This document shows positions 1-7,987 of a stretch of 20,000 bases of DNA, piece by piece. The notes below the pieces were generated by a model. That model was given only the letters and a program-made list of their open reading frames with translations, made no database searches and was not told the DNA's origin. The position numbers were made by a program, and so were the translations under genes. This DNA comes from an uncultured virus (IMG/VR IMGVR_UViG_3300026336_000015) (Duplodnaviria; Heunggongvirae; Uroviricota; Caudoviricetes): IMG/VR virus record IMGVR_UViG_3300026336_000015; one strand, 5' to 3'. The first letter of the stretch is position 1. Each line of letters starts with the position of its first letter.

Positions 1-1547
1 CGCAGAAAGCCCTTGTACAGATGCTTACAAGCCTTGAATCTGGTGGAAAATTGAGTCAGTCACAGATTGAAACATTTTTTGACGGGTTTGGCAAGAACCT
101 TCCTGATGCCATTTCAGAGCAGGTCTCTAAAGCAAAACCTGATGTGCAGAAATCATTGATAACATCAATGGAAAGTCTGTATAGTGGAACTGCCCTGACA
201 AAGTCGCAGGTTCAAAAGATGCTTCCAGAACTCAGTTTGTCCGGATTTACTGGTTTATCACAAGCAATTTCAAAGGTTAGTTCAGGTTCGCAGATGGAAG
301 TGACAAAGCAACTTGTTTCCATGGCAAATGGTGCTAAATTAGGCGAAAAAGATATTCAATCTGTATTTACCAACTTGAATGCTAATGTCCCTAAAAATAT
401 AGCTTCTTTGGTTGCAAACATGAGCAGTTCGGCCGATAAGATAAGCGCAGTGAACTTATTTGGCAAACTTTACACCAATGCGCAACTTGGAGCCGATGAA
501 CTGCGAAGCGCGATGAAATATGATGGAATTACAATTCCAGATGGTCTTGTTTCCGGGCTTGCAACTAAAACTCCGGCAGTCCAGCAAGCTGCTATCAGTC
601 TATTCCAGTCGGTGCAGAGTGGGGCACAAGCGTCTGCTTCTCAAATTAAGTCGTTAACATCCTCGGTTGGACTAAGTTTCTCAGATGGCTTTGTTTCAAG
701 TTTGGCGCAGCAAAAGCCGAATGTGCAGAATCAGGCGATGCAGCTAATTTCTACTGTGGGAAGTGCTGCTGATTCACAACGTCCAGCGCTGATAGCCACC
801 TTGGCAAAAGTGGGTGGTGAACCTGTGCAAAAGATGCTTGCTTCAATGAACATGAAGCTGAGCAGTGATGGAACGCTGGTTTCTACTGCGGGAGGCAAAG
901 CAAATCAGGTAATTAAGACTATGGACGCAAAGACTGCAAGTGCTATTCTGCAGTCACCAAAACTTGCGGATATTCTTAATGCAGCCGAAAAAGCGGCGAA
1001 AGCCAATTCGGATATGCAAAGTTATCTCAGTGCAAATCCATTACATCAAACTGTAAGTGTTGAATACAAGCCTACTTCTACTGAAGTGATTGACGGTAAC
1101 AAATATTCGGTTACGCAGGAAGAAAACGGTCATACCATAGTAAAATATCGGGGGCCAAAAGCTGCCGGAGGAATAGTACAGACGAATGGATTTTATCAGG
1201 TAGCTGAAGAGAACAAGCGTGAAATGATTATCCCATTGCAGACTCATCGTGAACGTGCAATCGGACTTTGGGAGCAGACTGGTCAGGCTCTTGGAGTTGA
1301 CAGGAGCAGTGGAAGCAAAACGTCCTATGCTGCTCCGCATACCTCCTACACTCCTAAATATTCAACATCCAACAATCGCAACTATGACGACCACAGTACC
1401 TATGCACCGCAGTTTATCGCTTCTTTCGGTGGAAATACGCCGAGTAACAGAGATTTGGAGAGGGCGGTTAAAAAATGGATTGCAGAATCTATGCAAGATG
1501 CTATGAACAGTCGCAACCGGCGCAATCCGGCGGATATTGCTGTGTGA
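1..1547 (+). CDS. Phage tail tape measure protein, C-terminal part (5' truncated by window)
   Basis: Frame is open from the window edge (CAG AAA GCC CTT GTA CAG ATG). Ala/Ser/Gln-rich helical sequence with ~48-aa repeats and the typical TMP C-terminal motif AAGGIV...VAEENKREMIIPL. Lies directly upstream of baseplate genes. Confidence 0.85.
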   Translation, partial: QKALVQMLTSLESGGKLSQSQIETFFDGFGKNLPDAISEQVSKAKPDVQKSLITSMESLYSGTALTKSQVQKMLPELSLSGFTGLSQAISKVSSGSQMEVTKQLVSMANGAKLGEKDIQSVFTNLNANVPKNIASLVANMSSSADKISAVNLFGKLYTNAQLGADELRSAMKYDGITIPDGLVSGLATKTPAVQQAAISLFQSVQSGAQASASQIKSLTSSVGLSFSDGFVSSLAQQKPNVQNQAMQLISTVGSAADSQRPALIATLAKVGGEPVQKMLASMNMKLSSDGTLVSTAGGKANQVIKTMDAKTASAILQSPKLADILNAAEKAAKANSDMQSYLSANPLHQTVSVEYKPTSTEVIDGNKYSVTQEENGHTIVKYRGPKAAGGIVQTNGFYQVAEENKREMIIPLQTHRERAIGLWEQTGQALGVDRSSGSKTSYAAPHTSYTPKYSTSNNRNYDDHSTYAPQFIASFGGNTPSNRDLERAVKKWIAESMQDAMNSRNRRNPADIAV

Positions 1548-1558
1548 GGTGATGAATT

Positions 1559-2173
1559 ATGGCAACCCTAGGCGGACTTGAAATTTGGATAGCGGACGAT
1601 GGAGAACAGGCTGAACGTGCAGCGGATGTTACAAGTCACCCAGTAGAGAGCGGCGCAAACATTACAGACAACGTGCGACGTAACGCTACGGTGCTTAATC
1701 TGACTGGGGAAATCGTGGGAACAGATGCTACAGCAAAAATGCAGCGTATTGATGCATGGAAAAATGCAGGCACAATCGTTGCATATCATGGCATCTACAA
1801 CTACAACCGGATGTTGATAACAAAATTTGATACGACTGGCACAAATAAGATTGTAGGTGGGTACAAATTCGATATGACTTTGCAGGAGGTACGCCTTGCG
1901 AAGAGTGCGTATGTGCCAAACAAAGCCACATCATCCCGCAAAAATACTGGGACACAGCAGAAAGTAAGCAACAGTTCCAGCAAAAAAGTGTATTATACCA
2001 CGAAAAACGGTGATACGTTGTGGGGGCTGTTGCAACGCTCCGGCGCGCCGTATAAGCAGTACGGATTTACTCCAAATGATGTTATGAAGAATAATCCACA
2101 GGCTTTTGGCCGGAAAATGGACCCTCGCACTATGAAAAACGGCGTAAAAATTTGGATTGGAAACAGGAAGTGA
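1559..2173 (+). CDS. Distal tail/tube-initiator (Dit-like) baseplate protein with C-terminal LysM domain
   Basis: N-terminal VTSHPVESGANITDNV motif; LysM-like YTTKNGDTLWGL; SD GAGGTG upstream; follows the TMP. Confidence 0.8.
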   Translation: MATLGGLEIWIADDGEQAERAADVTSHPVESGANITDNVRRNATVLNLTGEIVGTDATAKMQRIDAWKNAGTIVAYHGIYNYNRMLITKFDTTGTNKIVGGYKFDMTLQEVRLAKSAYVPNKATSSRKNTGTQQKVSNSSSKKVYYTTKNGDTLWGLLQRSGAPYKQYGFTPNDVMKNNPQAFGRKMDPRTMKNGVKIWIGNRK

Positions 2174-2177
2174 CAGT

Positions 2178-2501
2178 ATGCGTGACCGTATAGAGATTGA
2201 CAAGGACATGATTCCATATCAGTTCGACATTACGCTGGCAGAGCAGCCATTTACAATCTCGGTCGATTACAATTCTGTCGCAGACCTGTTCACTGTCAGC
2301 CTTTATGACAGTACCGGCACTCTATTGTGTGCTGGTGAACCATTGATTTATGGGCAGCCGTTGTTTCAAGATGTGTACCGCTCCGGCAAATTCCCAGCGT
2401 TGGACTTAGTGCCACTGGATGAGTCCGGCCACGATAACGCAGTTACATGGGATAACTTCGGTAAGACCGTATTTCTGACGATTGATGATGAGGGGGACTG
2501 A
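2178..2501 (+). CDS. Small baseplate plug-type protein (DUF6983-like)
   Basis: MRDRIEIDKDMIPYQFDITL...GEPLIYGQPLF; small acidic protein between Dit and hub; ATG 2178 with AGGAAG upstream. Confidence 0.65.
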   Translation: MRDRIEIDKDMIPYQFDITLAEQPFTISVDYNSVADLFTVSLYDSTGTLLCAGEPLIYGQPLFQDVYRSGKFPALDLVPLDESGHDNAVTWDNFGKTVFLTIDDEGD

Positions 2502-2505
2502 TAGG

Positions 2506-3444
2506 ATGGACAGTCAAATTATCAAAAGCACGCATAAAGTCCCGGCAGATAAGCAAAGCAAAATTATTCAGTCGCTTGGACAACTCAGTCAAAAGATTGC
2601 TACTACCCCGGTTACCATTCCACCGGGGCTTTTTCATGCCAGTGCGTGGATTATGTGTGGCGCGGCGAAGGTGGAATACCCTGATTTGGACATTGAATTT
2701 GAGGTACCATTTGACGACAACACAACGGCCAACGAAGCCACGTTTACCATGTACAATCTCAGTACCACTACCCGCAATCAGTTTGTGTTGAATCGGGACA
2801 TTTCCCTTACGGCCGGATACGGTACCGACCGGGGCATTATCTTTGCTGGCATTATTTCTAGTGTCCGCACAACGCATGACGGTGTGGACGTAAAAACCGT
2901 TGTTACCGCGGTGGATAACCCGAAACTGAAAGAACATGATGTCAAAAACATCTCCTTCGCAAAAGGGAGTAAGGCGTCTTATATTTTAAAGTCGCTGCTG
3001 CAAAAGACCGGCCTACCAATCGCAGCCTTTAAAGTTCGCCGTGACCACACGTATAAAGATGCGGTGACGGTGGACGGCGGCCTGATGTCCAGTATCGACC
3101 AGTACGCAAAGGTTTGCGGTGTGTCCACTTACATTCAGCGCGGGAAAATTTATGCAATCGATGTGCGGACTGCCGGCTCCGGCCTGCGCTTTGATATGGA
3201 CATAGATCACGGTCTAATTGGCACGCCGGAATATTTTGAGGATGAAATCAGCGAAACTGCTGACGACCAGACCATTAAGGAGACCCGCAAAGGTTGGAAA
3301 ATCACAAGTCTGCTGGAACATCGTTGCATGACCGGTGCGCTTGTAAACCTCAAGAGTAAAGACGTGACCGGTACATTCCATGTACTGGAGGGTAGACATG
3401 CTTTTAATGGCACAGATTTTACAACAGAAATGACGGTGATTTGA
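2506..3444 (+). CDS. Baseplate hub protein (gp27/GpD-like)
   Basis: DLDIEFEVPFDD...ATFTMYNLS and LTAGYGTDRGIIFAG motifs; size and synteny fit; SD GAGGGGG before ATG 2506. Confidence 0.72.
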   Translation: MDSQIIKSTHKVPADKQSKIIQSLGQLSQKIATTPVTIPPGLFHASAWIMCGAAKVEYPDLDIEFEVPFDDNTTANEATFTMYNLSTTTRNQFVLNRDISLTAGYGTDRGIIFAGIISSVRTTHDGVDVKTVVTAVDNPKLKEHDVKNISFAKGSKASYILKSLLQKTGLPIAAFKVRRDHTYKDAVTVDGGLMSSIDQYAKVCGVSTYIQRGKIYAIDVRTAGSGLRFDMDIDHGLIGTPEYFEDEISETADDQTIKETRKGWKITSLLEHRCMTGALVNLKSKDVTGTFHVLEGRHAFNGTDFTTEMTVI

Positions 3445-3881
3445 TGCAAAGCATGGGTATAGGAGACAGACAGTTAGAACAGGTGCTGCTCCAGCTTCAC
3501 ACAGCATTTTTAGGGCGAGTGGTGTCGTTTAACGAGTCCGCTGGAACGGCGTCCGTGCAACCGTTGACGCTCACGCAACCGGTCGGCGGCAACGCAGTAA
3601 AGCAGCCACTGCTGAAAGACATTCCCGTGCTGGCAAATGCACGGTACCGGTTGAAATATATGAATCCACCATACTGCAAAGCACAGTGCAGCGAGGGCAG
3701 CGTTACCGGAAATCTGACTGCTGAAAAGCACATTACGATGGAACCGTTGGCAACAGGCAACATTGTGCTATGTGTTACCTGCGAGCGCGATATCACCGCG
3801 GCACGGCGTGGGCGGTCAGAAGTGCCTGCACTCGGTCACCATCAGCAGAAAGATTCAATCGTTGTGGGGGTGCTCGCATGA
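3444..3881 (+). CDS. Baseplate spike/puncturing protein (Gp138/GpV N-terminal OB-fold-like)
   Basis: LHTAFLGRVVSF...ASVQPL...LKDIPVL, GNIVLCVTCERDI and HHQQKDSIVVG motifs; TGATG coupling to the hub gene. Confidence 0.7.
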   Translation: MQSMGIGDRQLEQVLLQLHTAFLGRVVSFNESAGTASVQPLTLTQPVGGNAVKQPLLKDIPVLANARYRLKYMNPPYCKAQCSEGSVTGNLTAEKHITMEPLATGNIVLCVTCERDITAARRGRSEVPALGHHQQKDSIVVGVLA

Positions 3882-4225
3882 AAGGATTTGCCTTGGATGA
3901 AAACGGTGATGTAAAAATCGAGCACGGCAGGATTCGGATGATTGACGGAAACGAGCTGCTGCGGCAGACCTGCCAAACTGTGATTGGTACAAACCGCGGC
4001 GAATGGCCATTTAATTTGGAAGAGGGCATCGACTTCGCGCTTCTGCGCGGGAAACAGATTGACTATCAGGCGATTCAGGGCGAATTGCTTTCCGGTCTGC
4101 AGCAGGTGGACGAAAGCTTTCTGATTGATTCTTTCGAGCATGAGATTACCGCCGACCGCAAATTGCATATCCGATTTTCAGCAACCTGCAGTAGTGGAAC
4201 GGTCACAGGAGAAAATCAGTATTAA
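3878..4225 (+). CDS. Sheath initiator / gp25-like baseplate protein (DUF2634-like)
   Basis: MKGFALDENGDV...GTNRGEWPFNLEEGID; ATGA overlap with the spike gene. The real start is 3878, not 3770. Confidence 0.75.
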   Translation: MKGFALDENGDVKIEHGRIRMIDGNELLRQTCQTVIGTNRGEWPFNLEEGIDFALLRGKQIDYQAIQGELLSGLQQVDESFLIDSFEHEITADRKLHIRFSATCSSGTVTGENQY

Positions 4226-4252
4226 AAAATCCTCTCCAAAACGGAGAGGATT
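4224..4252 (-). terminator. Rho-independent terminator of the yefM-yoeB operon
   Basis: 10-bp stem AATCCTCTCC/GGAGAGGATT with a 5-nt loop. The adjacent A-run at 4224-4229 is a U-tract on the minus strand only. Confidence 0.8.
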
Positions 4253-4255
4253 CCA

Positions 4256-4516
4256 TCATTCGTAATGTGTCCACATGCGCAGGATATGAACAGTTTTTTG
4301 CTCTTCGAGCACATCATAAACAAGCCTGTGCTGGATGTTGATTCTTCTGGAGTAAATTCCTTTTAGATTTCCTACCAGTTTTTCATAGGGCGGCGGGTTT
4401 TGGTAAGGGTTTTGCTCCAGAATGTCCACTAATGCTTTCGCCTTTGGAAGCAGATGCGCGGATTTTAGTTTTTCAAAATCTTTGACAGCCTGCTTTGTCA
4501 AAATGATGTTATACAT
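4256..4516 (-). CDS. yoeB: Txe/YoeB family toxin (ribosome-dependent mRNase)
   Basis: 86 aa; PPPYEKLVGNLKGIYSRRINIQHRLVY...RMWTHYE is the YoeB signature; overlaps the antitoxin by 8 nt. Confidence 0.93.
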   Translation of the reverse strand: MYNIILTKQAVKDFEKLKSAHLLPKAKALVDILEQNPYQNPPPYEKLVGNLKGIYSRRINIQHRLVYDVLEEQKTVHILRMWTHYE

Positions 4517-4763
4517 CCCAATTCAAATCCTTTGCGTTTGTGCCCGCTTGGAGCGGTTCCTTCTGTCCAGCGAGGATACTGTCTGTCATGCCGGGAATGT
4601 TGGACAAATACAACGTTTCCGCAATAGCGTTCCAATCTTCTTCTGAAAGCAAAATTGCGTTGGAAGTTTTGCCTGTGATTTTCACAGGCTCATGGGTTTC
4701 CTGTGTGCGGCTGATTAGGTTATACAAATCTTTCCGTGCATTTGTGACGTTGATGTTTTCCAT
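4509..4763 (-). CDS. yefM: Phd/YefM family antitoxin
   Basis: 84 aa; NVTNARKDLYNLI...HEPVKITGK..NAILLSEEDWNAIAETLYL; SD AAGGAGGG. Confidence 0.93.
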   Translation of the reverse strand: MENINVTNARKDLYNLISRTQETHEPVKITGKTSNAILLSEEDWNAIAETLYLSNIPGMTDSILAGQKEPLQAGTNAKDLNWDV

Positions 4764-4787
4764 AACTGTTCCCTCCTTTATAAAGCC

Positions 4788-4816
4788 ATTATAGCGTACG
4801 CTTTTGCGTATGTCAA
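4788..4816 (-). promoter_or_regulatory. Consensus sigma-A promoter of yefM-yoeB with palindromic operator in the spacer
   Basis: Minus strand TTGACA-17 nt-TATAAT (-35 at 4811-4816, -10 at 4788-4793). Palindrome AGCGTACGCT (4793-4802) overlaps the -10/spacer. Confidence 0.88.
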
Positions 4817-4902
4817 GGAAAAGTTCGTAATTCCGTACGTCCGTACGTCATAGTGTATGTAATCCTACGTTAAATAGTCAATTTTTAGAAAGTGGTGATG
4901 CC

Positions 4903-6075
4903 ATGACGGTACTTACAGAAAAAGGTTTTCAGCGTCCACTTTACGCTGAACTTGTGGCGCAGGCAGAAGCCAGAGCAAAGGTGCTATTTGGTGATGATAT
5001 CGAAACAGACGAAAAAACGCCACTCGGCAAGTTTATCCGGTTGGGCGCGCAGGACATTGCAGAAGCCTATGAAGAATTGGAAAGTGTGTACAACAGTATC
5101 TTTCCCAATACCGCCCGCGGTGCTAGCCTTGACCGTGTGACGGTAACGGCCGGCGTATTCCGAAACCCCGCCATTCCGGCAGAACAGCAAGTAGAATTTA
5201 CCGGCACACCCGGTTATTCAATTCCGGCCGGCTTCCTCGTTTCCGGCAACAGTGTGGAATTCCACACAGAACAGATTGTGACGCTTGGGGAAGATGGAAA
5301 AGCTGCTGCAACTGTGTACGCGACAGAAGCAGGGGAAACCGGGAATGTGCCGGTTGGCGCTATCACTGAAATTGTGAACCCGGATGCAGAAGTCGACAGC
5401 GTGAAGCATACAGCACTTTTGCTGGCCGGACAAGATGAAGAAGTGGATCCTGCATTACGCAGCCGCTATCATGCCGCAGTACTCGGTTCCGGCAGTACAA
5501 CGGCAGATGCAATCCGTGCAGCAGTACTGCGGGTAACCAGTGTGCGAAGCTGTACAGTGATTGAAAATTCCAGTAACGTTACAGATTCCGGTGGCCGTCC
5601 GGGCGGCAGCTTTGAGTGTATTGTTTTTGCCCCTGATTCCCTGAATGATGCAGTCGCACAGGCAATTTTCAATTCCAAGCCGGTTGGCATCAAAGCTTTT
5701 GGTACAACCGAAGTGCAAATAAAGGATAGCAGTGGATACAAGCAGTCAATCTGCTTCACTCATGTTTCCAATAAACTGATTTACGCAAAGGTATCTGTCC
5801 TTACAGACGAAGAATTTCCGGCAGACGGTGAAACACAAATTAAAACGGCATTGTCCAAAACCGTTGGAACTCTCGGAAATGGTGATGATGTCATTTTGAC
5901 GCGTTTATACAGCCCATTGATGGCTATTTCAGGTGTGAAGGACGTTACGCTACTGCAGCTTTCGGCAGATGGAAAGGCCTATACAGCGACTAATATATCA
6001 TGTACGCCTATGCAGGTAGCTGTTTTGCCAACTGATAATGTTACCGTGGAGGTGAGCGCTTATGCCGACCAGTGA
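4903..6075 (+). CDS. Baseplate J / gp47 family wedge protein
   Basis: MTVLTEKGFQRPLYAEL, TARGASLDRV, AGETGNVPVGAITEI, GQDEEVDPALRSRY and KPVGIKAFG motifs; 390 aa. Confidence 0.92.
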   Translation: MTVLTEKGFQRPLYAELVAQAEARAKVLFGDDIETDEKTPLGKFIRLGAQDIAEAYEELESVYNSIFPNTARGASLDRVTVTAGVFRNPAIPAEQQVEFTGTPGYSIPAGFLVSGNSVEFHTEQIVTLGEDGKAAATVYATEAGETGNVPVGAITEIVNPDAEVDSVKHTALLLAGQDEEVDPALRSRYHAAVLGSGSTTADAIRAAVLRVTSVRSCTVIENSSNVTDSGGRPGGSFECIVFAPDSLNDAVAQAIFNSKPVGIKAFGTTEVQIKDSSGYKQSICFTHVSNKLIYAKVSVLTDEEFPADGETQIKTALSKTVGTLGNGDDVILTRLYSPLMAISGVKDVTLLQLSADGKAYTATNISCTPMQVAVLPTDNVTVEVSAYADQ

Positions 6076-7156
6076 CTTAATTCGCAGTTTACCGGATGCC
6101 TACAGCAAGGGCACCAACAGCAATAACTATAAGTTACTGGCACTGCATGGTGAAGCAGTGGACTCGTTTAGGCAGGACATTAAAAATGTTATGTCTTCAC
6201 AAGACCTTCAAACTGCCACCGGCTATTCTCTCGATTTATATGGTGCAGAGGTAGAACAGCCCCGCGGCAAAGCAAACGATGCACTTTATCGGGTATTGAT
6301 TCAGCAGAAGATGGCGCGTGATCGCGGTATTGGTACATGGGACAGCGTATCAAGTGGCATCCGAAACGTTTTGAACTGCTCTGATTCTGATTTTTGCATC
6401 CATGATAGCACTATTAACCGCAAGGTTGTGTTCAGAGTTGTAAACAGTCAGGTACTTGAAAAATCGCCATTAACGGAAGAACAGGTAAAAAAAGTAATCA
6501 ATCAGTTGCTTCCAGCAACAGTAAAATTTGTTGTTGTCGTACCTTACCCAGGAAGTAGCACTTTTGAAATTCATTTTGTTCCGGTACGACTTTCCATACA
6601 CAGCCGCATGAACATTTGGATGATTGATTCTGTCCGCTTGAATGGAGTAAAAAGGCTTGACGGGACATGGACGCTGAATCAGGAAGTACGCAATCATTTT
6701 ATTTTATCTTTATTAAGAATCTCCAGCAGAAAAAGATACAGCCCGACTTTTGTAACCAATGCCCAATATAAGTCGTATGGTTCTGTTCAAGTTATTTCGA
6801 TTCCAAACGGAGTAGAGATTTTTAGCCATCAAGAGGTTAAAAAGTTTAGTTGCCCAGTTCGATTCACTAGCAGGACCGGGCAGCCTTTCAAGGCAGTTGC
6901 GACGGAAAAAGCCCTTTTTTTGTCGCATGAAAATTGGAATAAATCGTCAAAAACAACACCTGAAATTCGCACCTGTACAAAAACGAACCTTACAATGGCG
7001 TGTACAAAATTCGCAGCTCATAGTAAGCAACCAGTTACTATTGAAGAAAAGACAATCAAAAAAACGACAAATCCTGTCTGGACATTAAACGGCGCGTATC
7101 TTATGAATGGTACGCGCCGTTTTAATGCTGGGCAGGTTGTTGAGGAGGTTTTATAA
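6062..7156 (+). CDS. Baseplate wedge I / DUF2612-like protein with extended C-terminus
   Basis: LPDAY...ATGYSLDLYG...RGKANDALYRVLI motif directly after J (14-nt overlap). The C-terminal half carries two LNG/LDG-W-LN motifs. Confidence 0.7.
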   Translation: MPTSDLIRSLPDAYSKGTNSNNYKLLALHGEAVDSFRQDIKNVMSSQDLQTATGYSLDLYGAEVEQPRGKANDALYRVLIQQKMARDRGIGTWDSVSSGIRNVLNCSDSDFCIHDSTINRKVVFRVVNSQVLEKSPLTEEQVKKVINQLLPATVKFVVVVPYPGSSTFEIHFVPVRLSIHSRMNIWMIDSVRLNGVKRLDGTWTLNQEVRNHFILSLLRISSRKRYSPTFVTNAQYKSYGSVQVISIPNGVEIFSHQEVKKFSCPVRFTSRTGQPFKAVATEKALFLSHENWNKSSKTTPEIRTCTKTNLTMACTKFAAHSKQPVTIEEKTIKKTTNPVWTLNGAYLMNGTRRFNAGQVVEEVL

Positions 7157-7546
7157 ATGGCAAGTCAAAACAATGTACTTACGACTGCTTTGCGAGTGCG
7201 CATGGCACAGTTGCTGGCAGGTAAAATTTCCACTATACCGAAGGTAAAATACATGGCTTTCGGGTCCGGTGGATTGGGAACAGACGGAAATCCAAAGCAA
7301 CCGAGCGGCACTGCTACTGCACTTGAAGTTGAGGAAAAGAGATATGAAGTTGGTGAACCAATTTTCCCGGTTGACACTACGGCACGTTTTTCCGCTACCA
7401 TTCCAGAGGCTGACCTTGCAGGCAAAAAGCTGAGTGAGGTTGGCCTTTTTTCGGAAGATAATGTGTTGTACGCGATTCGCAACATGTCACCGAAGCAGAA
7501 AGACAGTGATGAGGAACTGGAATTCACACATGACCTTGAATTTTGA
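7157..7546 (+). CDS. Tail collar/fibre-attachment protein (stand-alone DUF3751-like domain)
   Basis: KYMAFGSGG...TALEVE...LSEVGLF.EDNVLYAIR...K.KDSD.E..F resembles the N-terminal collar domain of myophage tail fibres. Confidence 0.7.
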   Translation: MASQNNVLTTALRVRMAQLLAGKISTIPKVKYMAFGSGGLGTDGNPKQPSGTATALEVEEKRYEVGEPIFPVDTTARFSATIPEADLAGKKLSEVGLFSEDNVLYAIRNMSPKQKDSDEELEFTHDLEF

Positions 7547-7560
7547 CGGAGGTGTGATTG

Positions 7561-7983
7561 ATGGCAAACAGACCGAATTATACGTTGGATGAAAACCCAA
7601 CGTATACCGAAGAAATCCCAGCACTGCAAAATGACGACCCTGCCAGCGCCAGTGATACTTTTAACCCGCTGATTACAAAGATTCTAAACAATCAGAAGGC
7701 AAACCATCAATTGGCACAGAAGGCTAATGACAATGCCGGCGAAGCAGGGCAGGTAGCTGGAAAAGCAATCCCACTGGCACAGAAAGGCGTTGCAAATGGC
7801 GTACCGTCGTTGGATAGTTCTGGCAAAATACCAAAAGCTCAGCTGCCTACTGTCGGCGGCTATGTGCGTCAGTCTTCAGCTCCGAGTGACAGCAGTTTGC
7901 TTTGGATTGACTCTGGCGACAGCAACAAGATGAAATACTACAACGGCAGTTCTTGGGTGCCGGTGCCGGCAACATGGGGGTGA
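7561..7983 (+). CDS. Short tail-fibre-related protein
   Basis: N-terminal DPASASDTFNPLITKILNN fibre-anchor-like motif; KGVANGVPSLDSSGKIPKAQLP and LWID...KYYNGSSW motifs recur in tail fibres; SD GGAGGTG. Confidence 0.65.
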   Translation: MANRPNYTLDENPTYTEEIPALQNDDPASASDTFNPLITKILNNQKANHQLAQKANDNAGEAGQVAGKAIPLAQKGVANGVPSLDSSGKIPKAQLPTVGGYVRQSSAPSDSSLLWIDSGDSNKMKYYNGSSWVPVPATWG

Positions 7984-7987
7984 TTTT

